The notes below the pieces were generated by a model. That model searched no databases, was not told where the DNA came from, and was given only the letters and a program-made list of their open reading frames with translations. A stretch of 64,000 nucleotides of DNA from Gemmatales bacterium (GTDB lineage Bacteria; Planctomycetota; Planctomycetia; Gemmatales; HRBIN36), in the NCBI GenBank assembly GCA_041640595.1, contig JBEPZY010000001.1, positions 800,001 through 864,000 of the forward strand, given 5' to 3'. Below, piece after piece: positions 19,180-28,197 of the stretch. Each line of letters opens with the position of its first letter. Positions within the stretch are counted from its first letter, which is position 1. A program made the translations under genes and the position numbers.

Positions 19180-19851
19180 GTGCACCTTCCCGATGGCGTG
19201 CTGGCGACAAAATGGTGGCTGGGCGGCTGGGCAGCCACTGTGGTTCTACTGGCACTTTCTGCCTGGCGCATCCAGGCCGAGGAAATTCCACGTCTGTCGC
19301 TGGTGAGTGCCGCCTGTTTTGTCGCTTCTTCTATCCATGTGCCCCTAGGAGTCACCAGCGTACATCTGCTGCTGAACTGCCTAGCCGTTCTGCTGGCCGG
19401 ACCGCGGGCAGCACTGGCAATTTTCCCGGCCTTGCTTCTGCAAGCCTTGTTGCTGAATCACGGAGGACTCCTGACACTCGGCGTGAACACGGTCATTTAC
19501 ACCGTGCCAGCGTTAGTGTTGTGGGTGCTGGGCCAAACGGTACTTCGACGATTTCCGGCATTGGCGAGACTACGCTGGGCCTGGCTCACCGGAGCACTGC
19601 TTGGCGGGGGAACAGTTCTGGCGACGGTATCCCTCAATGCGTTGGTTCTGTATTTGGGTGGTCTGGAAAGCTGGTCGGCCCTGGTTATGCTGGTTTTTGT
19701 CGCTTACCTTCCGGTCGTCGCTGTCGAAGCGTGCATTACCGCATCTTTGCTCACTTATCTGTGCCGCGTGAAGCCGGACTTACTCGCTCTGCCCTGCAAG
19801 CGGGCACCCGCTGCCGAATGCCCCGATACACTGTCGCATGCGAATCAGTAG
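19180..19851 (+). CDS. CbiM/NikM family Co/Ni ECF-transporter substrate-binding component
   Basis: (M/V)HLPDG N-terminus, 'SVHLLL', 'LQALLLNHGGLLTLGVN'; multiple TM helices. Start uncertain (19150, 19171 or GTG 19180). Confidence 0.85.
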   Translation: MHLPDGVLATKWWLGGWAATVVLLALSAWRIQAEEIPRLSLVSAACFVASSIHVPLGVTSVHLLLNCLAVLLAGPRAALAIFPALLLQALLLNHGGLLTLGVNTVIYTVPALVLWVLGQTVLRRFPALARLRWAWLTGALLGGGTVLATVSLNALVLYLGGLESWSALVMLVFVAYLPVVAVEACITASLLTYLCRVKPDLLALPCKRAPAAECPDTLSHANQ

Positions 19852-19971
19852 CGGTGCAGGCAACGGACGGTGCGTCAGACAGGTAAATTATTTCGCTGAC
19901 GACCGCCGCAAAAGAGTCGCTGTCCTTCTTCCTGACTATTGCCTAAGAAGCAGTTGCAACATTCACCGCCT

Positions 19972-21996
19972 ATGGATAGCCACACGCTGCATTTGCTCGA
20001 ATACCCGAAACTGCGATCCCTGGTAGCTGGGTACACACAGACGACCCTGGGTCGCCAGCTGGCAGAGCAACTCGAACCTTCTACGGATAGTGCCTGGATC
20101 ACCGACCAGCTTGCGCTCACCGAGGAAGCATGTCGCGCTCTCCGGGAAGGAGCCAACGTCAACCTCAGTGGTCTTCGTGATATCCGCCTGTTATTACGAC
20201 GAGCCAGCATTGGCAGCACGCTGTCAGCAGAAGAGTTGCTCCAGGTGCGGGAGACGGCCTGGAGTCTGGCAGCCCTATACCGCTGGCGGATGCAGCTGGA
20301 CGAGCGCTTCCCGAAACTGCGTACCTTGCTCGCGGCAGTCGAAGACCACGGCCTGATTGCCAAAAGTATTGAGGGTTGCCTCGATGCTCGTGGCTACGTT
20401 CTGGATATGGCCAGCCCGGAGTTAGCCCAGGTTCGTCGGCAACTGCGAGAATTGGAAGAACGAATCCAGGCTGTGATTAAACGTTTGCTGCGCGATCCGG
20501 AAATCCGTAAAATCTTGCGTTTCCCCAACGCTACCATGTCCGGCGACCATTACGTTCTGCCGGTTGCTGCCAATTACCGTCATCGTTTGCCGGGAGTCGT
20601 ACATCGCACATCGGCCAGCGGCGATACCGTGTACATTGAGCCGGCCAGCCTGGCATCGCTTGCTGCGGAACGGGCGGTTTATAAGGCCGAGGAGGAAAAG
20701 GAAGTGCAGCGTGTTTTGCGGCGACTAACAGCCCAAGTGGGCAAGGCGGCCCATGCGTTGGAAGCATCCCTGACCGCTGCTGCCCAACTGGATTTCACCC
20801 TCGCCAAAGCACGGTTTGCCCTGGATTACGAGATGACCGTACCGGTCATCACCAGCCAAACGCAGCTGGTTCTACGTCAGGCTCGGCATCCCTTGCTCGA
20901 ATACTACTTCCGCCATCCGCCCGTGGCTGCATCCGCGGAGAACAATCCCTCGACCGGCCCCGAATCCGTCAGTGCGGATGCTCAGCAAACATCAGCCAAC
21001 GTGCTTACCCGGCCTGCCACTCCCCTGCCCTCGCCAGTTCGCCAGGTGGTACCTATTGACGTTCGACTCGGCGACGACTTTCGCATTCTTGTCATTACCG
21101 GCCCCAACACCGGTGGCAAAACCGTTACGTTGAAGACAACGGGTTTATTGTGTCTGATGGCGCAATCCGGTCTGCTCATTCCCGCCGCCGAAGGAAGCTG
21201 CCTGCCCGTCTTTCACCATATCCTGGCCGACATCGGCGATGAACAAAGCCTGGAACAATCGCTGAGTACCTTTAGCGGCCATATTACCCGCATCCGTGAT
21301 ATTCTGAGTACGGCGGATGCTCGCAGTTTAGTTCTCCTGGACGATCTGGGTGCCGGTACGGATCCAACCGAGGGAGCCGCTCTGGGCCGCGCCATCCTGG
21401 AAGAACTCGACCGTATCGGATGTTTGACCATGGTTACGACGCACCTGGGAGACCTCAAGCTGTTTGCCCTGGCTCATCCGCGTGCACAAAATGCGGCGGT
21501 CGAGTTTGATCCGCAAACGCTGCAACCGACTTATCGCCTGCTCATCGGCCAGTTTGGCATGAGTTGTGCGCTGCAAATCGCCAAACGCCTGCGGTTGCCG
21601 AATCGGTTAATGCGAAGAGCCTGGTACTGGCTCAAACGTCGCCGGCGGTTACCGGAACTGCGTCGGTTGCAACAAGCCCGACAGGCAGCGGAAGCCGCTC
21701 GCCAGCAGGCTTTACAAGCTCTCTCCGAGGCTGAAAAGCAGAAAGCAGAGTGGGAGCGCCGGCTCCGTGAACTGGAACGCGAAGAAGCTCAAAAACGCGC
21801 CCTGGCAGAAGCTCGGGCTCGTTTACAGCCTGGTGATCGTGTGCGCATCGTTTCTCTGCGCGAACAAGGAGAAGTGATCCGCGTGGACACACGCAGGGCC
21901 ACTGTGCTGGTACGGGCTGGGCTCGGCCAGTGGGAGGTGCCCCTCCATGACGTCTTTCCCAGCGATTGGCCCGAACCCAAACCTGACCAGGGCTAG
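19972..21996 (+). CDS. mutS2: MutS2-family protein lacking the Smr domain
   Basis: 'SASGDTVYIEP', 'ARHPLL', Walker A 'ITGPNTGGKT', 'DIGDEQSLEQSLSTFSGH', 'GAGTDPTEG', 'TTH'; coiled coil and KOW-like end. Confidence 0.9.
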   Translation: MDSHTLHLLEYPKLRSLVAGYTQTTLGRQLAEQLEPSTDSAWITDQLALTEEACRALREGANVNLSGLRDIRLLLRRASIGSTLSAEELLQVRETAWSLAALYRWRMQLDERFPKLRTLLAAVEDHGLIAKSIEGCLDARGYVLDMASPELAQVRRQLRELEERIQAVIKRLLRDPEIRKILRFPNATMSGDHYVLPVAANYRHRLPGVVHRTSASGDTVYIEPASLASLAAERAVYKAEEEKEVQRVLRRLTAQVGKAAHALEASLTAAAQLDFTLAKARFALDYEMTVPVITSQTQLVLRQARHPLLEYYFRHPPVAASAENNPSTGPESVSADAQQTSANVLTRPATPLPSPVRQVVPIDVRLGDDFRILVITGPNTGGKTVTLKTTGLLCLMAQSGLLIPAAEGSCLPVFHHILADIGDEQSLEQSLSTFSGHITRIRDILSTADARSLVLLDDLGAGTDPTEGAALGRAILEELDRIGCLTMVTTHLGDLKLFALAHPRAQNAAVEFDPQTLQPTYRLLIGQFGMSCALQIAKRLRLPNRLMRRAWYWLKRRRRLPELRRLQQARQAAEAARQQALQALSEAEKQKAEWERRLRELEREEAQKRALAEARARLQPGDRVRIVSLREQGEVIRVDTRRATVLVRAGLGQWEVPLHDVFPSDWPEPKPDQG

Positions 21997-22102
21997 CTTG
22001 CGGGGCCATTCTCGTTTCCGAACCTGTCTGGGCTGAAAAACCGATCGCCTGGTCGCTTAGCACCGATTTGTTCGAGCTGCGTTACGCAACCGGTTCATGC
22101 TG

Positions 22103-22141
22103 ATTGCATGCAGGCACCGTCTAATTGCATGCAGGCACCGT
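22103..22141. repeat. 18-bp perfect direct repeat (period 21)
   Basis: ATTGCATGCAGGCACCGT at 22103-22120 and 22124-22141, between convergent genes. Confidence 0.9.
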
Positions 22142-22158
22142 TACGGTTTCTTCACAGG

Positions 22159-22965
22159 TTACCGCGGCGGAACTTGTAAGTCGAGCGGCGCGTAAACCCA
22201 TTCGTAGCGATCGAACTGCACCTGATCGGTATGTTGCCGGAATTCATCACCCAGTCGTTTGAATTTCAGCCGCAGTGCTTTTTGTTTGATGATCGGTTTT
22301 CCGTTGGGGTCGTCCACCATAACGAAACCGTTCGACAGGCCGAACACGTAAATGTAAAAATCTCCCGGCTCCGGTCGGAGATAATTCCGCACATATTCGG
22401 GCTGCTTCGACAACGTGCGCACCTCTTCCGGCGTCGCTACAATCCAGGTCGCCACGCCAGTAACGTATTCGGGATAGGCAATGCGTTTGCCCTGGTCGTC
22501 GAATTGCTTTACGAACGGTATCAAAACCTGGGTGATCGTCGCGGAATCCTTAATTGGATACACGTTCTGCGGGTCTTCCAGACGTCGAATCTTTTCCACT
22601 GCGACCGGAATCACTTCGTCTCGGTATGCCCCTTCTCGGCCTGGTGTGGTCTGCACCCAGACAAACATCGGGGAGAATCGCCGATTCTGCCCGGTGTCAT
22701 TGGATACCTGATACCACAGGTACCATACAATCCGCCGACCGCGACCGGGAATATCTACCTCAATCGTGCGGGGATCCTTGAAATGGAAATCCAGCGTCCA
22801 CAAATCCTCTCGCGGAGGATCTTCGGGTGCCTTCCGTTCCGGAATGGGGCGAACGTTGAAAGCAGGGGGCAGTTCCTGTGCACTACCCTGCCAAACCATT
22901 GCCAGCACTACGGTTCCGCCGACTAGCAGGCTCAGACTTGCCGGCTTCAGGACACCCTTGACCAT
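22159..22965 (-). CDS. Exported hypothetical protein
   Basis: GGAG upstream of ATG 22965; signal-peptide-like 'MVKGVLKPASLSLLVGGTVVLAMVWQGSA'; predicted beta-rich body; no family recognised. Confidence 0.75.
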   Translation of the reverse strand: MVKGVLKPASLSLLVGGTVVLAMVWQGSAQELPPAFNVRPIPERKAPEDPPREDLWTLDFHFKDPRTIEVDIPGRGRRIVWYLWYQVSNDTGQNRRFSPMFVWVQTTPGREGAYRDEVIPVAVEKIRRLEDPQNVYPIKDSATITQVLIPFVKQFDDQGKRIAYPEYVTGVATWIVATPEEVRTLSKQPEYVRNYLRPEPGDFYIYVFGLSNGFVMVDDPNGKPIIKQKALRLKFKRLGDEFRQHTDQVQFDRYEWVYAPLDLQVPPR

Positions 22966-23335
22966 CGTCCGCTCCGTAAAAGTTCCTGGCGTGTTGACTA
23001 TGCGTTCGCTGCCCATGCTGCGATCAACCAGTTCCCAGAAAGACAAACGGCTCAAGCGTGCATTCTCCATGCCGTGGCGGTACTGGTTGCACATCCACCA
23101 GTTGCTGCCGTAACCAGAACCCACCTGCATGTGTTACATCGTGCATGTACATTGTGCCAGCCGCTTATCCCGTGTCAAGCCGAACCGAATCCGGCAAGCC
23201 GCCTAGCATGCCGAAGCAATTTGCTCAGCCCGCAGTGGGCCAATAAAATTATCTGACCGACGGCGTTCCTGGCGGCAACAAATATAATGGGCAACGTGAA
23301 CACCAAGGCGTACCGGCCCGGTCTCTGATTAGAGC

Positions 23336-23905
23336 ATGGATTTCACGGTCATGGCGCCGCCGTGGTTAGAGCACCAAGCCGAGGAACATCCGGTGTGGAA
23401 AAACTTATGGGCTCCGTGGCGGTTGGCGTATGTCGTCCAGGACCGGCAGGCGAACGATGCCTGTTTCATCTGCACAGGTCTGGCCGCGGGCGACGATCGC
23501 CGCCACTGGATTGTTTACCGTAGTCCTCATTGTGTCGTGATCCTCAACCGCTATCCGTATAACAACGGTCATTTACTTGTCGCTCCCCAAGCGCACAAGG
23601 CTAGCCTGGCGGAATTAACCCCTGACGAAATGCTGGATTCCCAGCAAACTTTGAGCCGAATGGTAACCGCGCTCAGCGAGCTTATGCGACCGGACGGATT
23701 CAATATCGGCATTAACCTGGGCAAAGTAGCCGGTGCTGGTTTGCCCGGTCATCTGCACTGGCATATTGTGCCCCGCTGGGAAGGCGATACTAATTTCATG
23801 CCGGTTCTGGCCGAAGTTAAGGTCATCGTCCAATCGCTGGAAGCGTTGTATGATTTGCTGACGGCCCATTTAGGCAAACCGCAAAGCGGGAGCTGCGGGC
23901 GTTAG
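23336..23905 (+). CDS. HIT-family nucleotide hydrolase/transferase (Ap4A phosphorylase-like)
   Basis: 'LWAPWR', 'CFIC', 'LNRYPYNNGHL', 'HLHWHIVPRW.GDTNFMPV'. The real start may be further downstream (GTG near 23393). Confidence 0.9.
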   Translation: MDFTVMAPPWLEHQAEEHPVWKNLWAPWRLAYVVQDRQANDACFICTGLAAGDDRRHWIVYRSPHCVVILNRYPYNNGHLLVAPQAHKASLAELTPDEMLDSQQTLSRMVTALSELMRPDGFNIGINLGKVAGAGLPGHLHWHIVPRWEGDTNFMPVLAEVKVIVQSLEALYDLLTAHLGKPQSGSCGR

Positions 23906-23960
23906 CCTGCCAGGCAACTGACGCCCTCTTTTCCTTGAGCTTTTTGCCCGAGTAACGGCC

Positions 23961-25214
23961 ATGCCTGTCGAAAACCGTCTGAGCGTAACACGCTTTGAGC
24001 CTCCTGGTAACAGCTCGGCTTTTGCCGCGCCCCCCGAAGTCAGGCCAGGCGAGAGCGAACCGATATTTCGCCCGCTGGATCCCTGGGAATGGGAAGAGCG
24101 GTTTCTGGCTCCGTATGCCATGCGTACACGGTTAAGCCGTGGCCGAATTCATGAGGAACCGGAGCACCCGTACCGTACTCTGTATCAGCGGGATCGCGAT
24201 CGGATTATTCATAGCGCGGCATTCCGCCGGCTGATGTATAAAACTCAGGTTCTGGTAAACCACTACAGCGACCAGCACCGCACTCGCCTCACGCACACCC
24301 TGGAAGTGGCTCAGATAAGCCGCACTATTGCCCGCCAGCTCGGGTTGAACGAGGACCTGACGGAAGCCATCGCGCTCGCCCACGACCTCGGCCATCCACC
24401 CTTCGGTCATGCTGGCGAAACCGCACTCGATGAGTGTATGGCCCAGTTCGGCGGGTTTGAACATAACCGGCACGGACTGCGCCTGGTGCAGTTTCTGGAG
24501 CGGCGCTATCCTGCTTTTCCCGGCTTGAACCTGACCTGGGAGGTGCTGGAATCGCTTTCTTATCACAGCAAGCGTCCGGAAGCACCGGAGGTAAAACCCT
24601 TCCGCACCTTCGCTCAACCGTTTTTGGAAGCTCAGGTCGTGGATGCCGCTGACAGCCTGGCTTACGACACCCACGATCTCGACGATGCACTGGAGTTAGG
24701 ACTGATCGAATTGGATGAGGTGCGTGAAGTTCCTTTCTGCCGGCTCGCGGAGGAGCGGATGCGTGAGCGTTACGGTCAGGTCAGCCGCGAAAACTACCCG
24801 GCTGCCCTGGTTCGCACACTCATTGATTGGCAAGTAGAGGACCTTCTCGCTCATACCCGACAGCGGTTGCGGTCGTTTCAGGTACGCAGTGTCGAAGATG
24901 CCCGGCGAGCCCCGGAACCGATAGTGCAACCCAGCCCGGAAATTGCTCGGCTCAAAGCGCAGCTTGAGGAATTCCTCAGGGATCGGGTCTATCACCACTA
25001 CCGTGTCCAGCGGATGACAACTAAAGCGAAGCGCTTTTTGCGGATGTTGTTTGACGAGTACCGTCGCGTGCCGGGAATGCTGCCTCCCTTTTTCCGCCAG
25101 CGCATTGCCAGCGACGGTTTGGAGCAGACCATTTGCGATTACTTGGCCAGCATGACAGACCGATTTGCTCAAGACGAGTACCTGAGACTGTTCCATCCGT
25201 ATCAGCGTGAGTAA
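23961..25214 (+). CDS. dgt: Deoxyguanosinetriphosphate triphosphohydrolase (HD family)
   Basis: 'QRDRDRIIHSAAFRRL..KTQV', 'RTRLTHTLEV', 'HDLGHPPFGHAGE', 'DYLASMTD'. Confidence 0.95.
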   Translation: MPVENRLSVTRFEPPGNSSAFAAPPEVRPGESEPIFRPLDPWEWEERFLAPYAMRTRLSRGRIHEEPEHPYRTLYQRDRDRIIHSAAFRRLMYKTQVLVNHYSDQHRTRLTHTLEVAQISRTIARQLGLNEDLTEAIALAHDLGHPPFGHAGETALDECMAQFGGFEHNRHGLRLVQFLERRYPAFPGLNLTWEVLESLSYHSKRPEAPEVKPFRTFAQPFLEAQVVDAADSLAYDTHDLDDALELGLIELDEVREVPFCRLAEERMRERYGQVSRENYPAALVRTLIDWQVEDLLAHTRQRLRSFQVRSVEDARRAPEPIVQPSPEIARLKAQLEEFLRDRVYHHYRVQRMTTKAKRFLRMLFDEYRRVPGMLPPFFRQRIASDGLEQTICDYLASMTDRFAQDEYLRLFHPYQRE

Positions 25215-25416
25215 AGTTAACTCGGACGAACAGGGGACAGGCAACCTATTCAGGTAACGCGGCCTCCCTGAGAAAGGCTCGCCTTACCAGATGTAGGGAG
25301 GCTTTTCGGAACAGTAACGGGCAGGGAGAGTGTCGGTTGGCCGGGTACACCGACACTCCGGGACAAACCAGGTTGCGGGTTGGCTCTCACCGACTCGCAC
25401 CAAGGAGGAGATTCCA

Positions 25417-26520
25417 ATGTTGCTCAACATTCTTCGCGGTGTTTTTGTGGCCATGGTCATGGGCGTGGCCACTGCTTTAGCCATGCACTCTTCGAGCTGG
25501 TTTTCAGAGGACAGCTGGTGGGTTCAGAATCTCGGGCAGTTCGGACAATTAGTGGGACCCTACCTGGTATTTGCTGCGGTGATGCTGGTGGGGCTGGCAG
25601 TTGTCGCGCTCGATATGTTTACGCCAAAGAAGGACATCACGACCTTTTCAGCAATCTATCTCGGCTTGCTGGTGGGGCTGTCGCTGGCGTATTTGCTAAG
25701 CGCTGGTCTTCGCCCGATTCTGGAACCGAGCCTGAACCAGCAGATCTGGGGTCTGGCTCAACTGTTCCTGGCCTTTTTGTTCTGCTACCTGTGCGTGAGC
25801 ACGTTATTGCAAACCAAAAACGACTTTCGCTTTATTATCCCTTATGTCGAGTTTAGCAGGCAGATCAAAGGCCCAAAGCCGCTTTTGCTGGACACGAGTG
25901 TCATCATAGATGGGCGCATTGCCGATATAGCCGATACCCGCATCATGGATTGCAAACTGATCGTGCCGCGCTTCGTGTTGCGGGAACTGCAAAACATTGC
26001 CGACGCCAGTGATCCGGTACGGCGCCGACGGGGCAGGCGCGGCCTGGATATATTGAAACGCCTGCAGAACAATCCTCACGTCGAAGTCGAGGTGCTGGAA
26101 AATGATCCGCCCGAGCTGTCCAACCTCGACGACGTGGATCAGCGATTGGTGCGCTTAGCCAAGCTCTTCGGAGCCCGCATCATCACCACCGACTTCAGCC
26201 TCAACAAACTGGCTCAGGTCGAAGGTGTCGAAGTGGTGAACATGAACGACCTGGCGAACGCGGTACGGATCGCGGCCTTGCCAGGCGAAACTCTGCACAT
26301 ACGCCTGGTGCGTCCAGGTGAGCAACCCGGACAGGCTGTCGGCTGGCTGGAAGATGGAACTATGGTCGTGGCCGAACAGGGACGCTCTTACATCGGTCAG
26401 GAGGTGGCGATCACCGTGACCAGCGTACACCAGAGCCCTGCCGGTCGGATGATCTTTGGCCGGGTCGAACGCCCGACCCCTGCACCGCCGCCACCAGCCC
26501 CGGCTTCCAGCTCCAGCTAA
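25417..26520 (+). CDS. Membrane PIN/TRAM domain protein (YacL-like)
   Basis: AAGGAGG RBS; four TM helices; PIN 'LLDTSVIIDGRI...ELQ..AD...RGRRGLDIL'; TRAM 'GWLEDGTMVV...GRMIFGR'. Confidence 0.92.
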   Translation: MLLNILRGVFVAMVMGVATALAMHSSSWFSEDSWWVQNLGQFGQLVGPYLVFAAVMLVGLAVVALDMFTPKKDITTFSAIYLGLLVGLSLAYLLSAGLRPILEPSLNQQIWGLAQLFLAFLFCYLCVSTLLQTKNDFRFIIPYVEFSRQIKGPKPLLLDTSVIIDGRIADIADTRIMDCKLIVPRFVLRELQNIADASDPVRRRRGRRGLDILKRLQNNPHVEVEVLENDPPELSNLDDVDQRLVRLAKLFGARIITTDFSLNKLAQVEGVEVVNMNDLANAVRIAALPGETLHIRLVRPGEQPGQAVGWLEDGTMVVAEQGRSYIGQEVAITVTSVHQSPAGRMIFGRVERPTPAPPPPAPASSSS

Positions 26521-26589
26521 CCGCTGCCGGAGCGGTCTTCCTGCATTTGCTGCTTTGAAGCCGTTGCGAACCAGGCACGGAGGCTCGCT

Positions 26590-27333
26590 ATGAACACAGC
26601 CCGCTTCGCTTCGATCTGTGCAACTTTGGTCAGCTGCGCTGCGACGATGTTGACGACGGTAAGCGTTGCTCAGGATAAGCAGACCATTGGCAAGCCCAAC
26701 CTTCCCCAGAATGAAATGCCGCTCGTGGAAAAAGTAATCGCAGCTCGCAAACAGTACCAGCAAGCTCTCGAACAGCTTCGCGAGTACTATGTCCGAACCG
26801 GCGACGTGGAGCGTCAGCAGTGGGTCGAGGAAGAGTTGATCGGTTTTCATCGCATCACCAAACGGGCTTACCTTCTGGAGCTGGATGTCCCGCCCCCCAC
26901 GCTGAAACCGGAGTTCAACATTCCAGAGGCGAACGAATTATTCCGGCGTGCCCTGCTCTATAAAGGACGGGGTTACGGTCAGGAATACGAGGACAATATG
27001 CGGCGGGCGGAACTGTTGCTGCAACAACTTCTGACTTACTATCCGCAGAGCGACAAAATTGACGACGCGGCTTACCAGCTCGGCGAGATTTACGAGAGCC
27101 GTCCATTCCGGCAGTATCGTCGGGCGGCCTGGTATTACGAACGGTGTTTTCAGTGGAATCCCAATACCAGTAGCGATGCCCGTTTGCGAGCCGCCCGCAT
27201 CTACGACCGCATTTTGCAAGAACGAGGCAAAGCCATTCAACTCTATCGCGAAGTGATCAACCACGATGCCGACCCGCAGAGAGTGGAAGAAGCCCGCCGG
27301 CGTTTGAAAGAACTCAGCGGCAACAGTCAGTAA
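26590..27333 (+). CDS. Secreted TPR-like helical-repeat protein
   Basis: GGAGG RBS; signal peptide; 'YPQSDKIDDAAYQLGEIY' TPR/BamD-like repeats. Confidence 0.75.
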   Translation: MNTARFASICATLVSCAATMLTTVSVAQDKQTIGKPNLPQNEMPLVEKVIAARKQYQQALEQLREYYVRTGDVERQQWVEEELIGFHRITKRAYLLELDVPPPTLKPEFNIPEANELFRRALLYKGRGYGQEYEDNMRRAELLLQQLLTYYPQSDKIDDAAYQLGEIYESRPFRQYRRAAWYYERCFQWNPNTSSDARLRAARIYDRILQERGKAIQLYREVINHDADPQRVEEARRRLKELSGNSQ

Positions 27334-27478
27334 ACGCGCGGCGAAGGTTTGCCATCGGCCAGGCGATCGTGTATACTGCACGCTTGTTGAACCCGTAGCT
27401 TGCGAAAACAAGCTACACGTGCCCTCAGCTATAAGGACGACGTGGCCCCTGGCATTAGCACCCGAAAGGAGAACAGCG

Positions 27479-28180
27479 ATGTGGGGAAAGTACCGCAACT
27501 GGACGATGCTCCTGTTTACTTTCACCATGCCGATCGCCATTGTCTGGCCTGCATGTTCCTGCTTCCCAAGGCTGCAAGCGCAGGCAGCGGGCGAATGGGT
27601 TTCGCTTTTCAACGGGAAAGATTTGACCGGCTGGAAAGTGTATAACGGCAAGCCGGAAGTTTGGGGCGTGGAATCGGGATTGCTTTACTGTAAAGGCGGC
27701 GGTGGCGGTTGGCTCATGACTGAAAAGGAGTTTGCCGACTTTGAGTTACGGTTCGAGTTTCGGCTACCCAAAATGGGTAACAGTGGCGTGGCGTTGCGAG
27801 CGCCCCTGCAAGGCGATCCTGCTTATCAGGGAATGGAAATTCAACTCCTCGACGATGAAAATTGGAAAGGTTTACGCCCCGAACAATACTGCGGCGCGAT
27901 TTACGATGTGGTGGCTCCTAAAAAACATGCCACCAAGCCCCACGGTGAATGGAACTCGATGCACATCATTGCCGATGGCCGCAAAATCACCATCGTCCTC
28001 AACGGTGAGACCGTGGTGCAGGCCAACCTCGATGACTACAAGGATCGTGCCCAACCAGATCCCAAATCGAAAAAACGGGCTCATCCCGGCCTCCTCAACG
28101 AAAAAGGACACATCGGCTTCCAAAGTTACAACTACCGCGTTGATTTTCGCAACATTCAAATCCGTGAACTGCGCAAATAA
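27479..28180 (+). CDS. DUF1080 (3-keto-disaccharide hydrolase-like) secreted protein
   Basis: 'LFNGKDLTGW', 'NSGV', 'EIQLLDD', 'GEWN', 'GHIGFQ', 'FRNI'. Confidence 0.9.
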   Translation: MWGKYRNWTMLLFTFTMPIAIVWPACSCFPRLQAQAAGEWVSLFNGKDLTGWKVYNGKPEVWGVESGLLYCKGGGGGWLMTEKEFADFELRFEFRLPKMGNSGVALRAPLQGDPAYQGMEIQLLDDENWKGLRPEQYCGAIYDVVAPKKHATKPHGEWNSMHIIADGRKITIVLNGETVVQANLDDYKDRAQPDPKSKKRAHPGLLNEKGHIGFQSYNYRVDFRNIQIRELRK

Positions 28181-28197
28181 CAGGGGACGTCAGCGGG

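Noticed and set aside
22103..22141. Direct repeat as a CRISPR remnant
   Set aside because: Only two 18-bp copies with a 3-bp gap, and no cas genes.
23961..25214. dGTPase as an anti-phage defence gene
   Set aside because: Housekeeping-like length and context, with no neighbouring defence or mobility genes.
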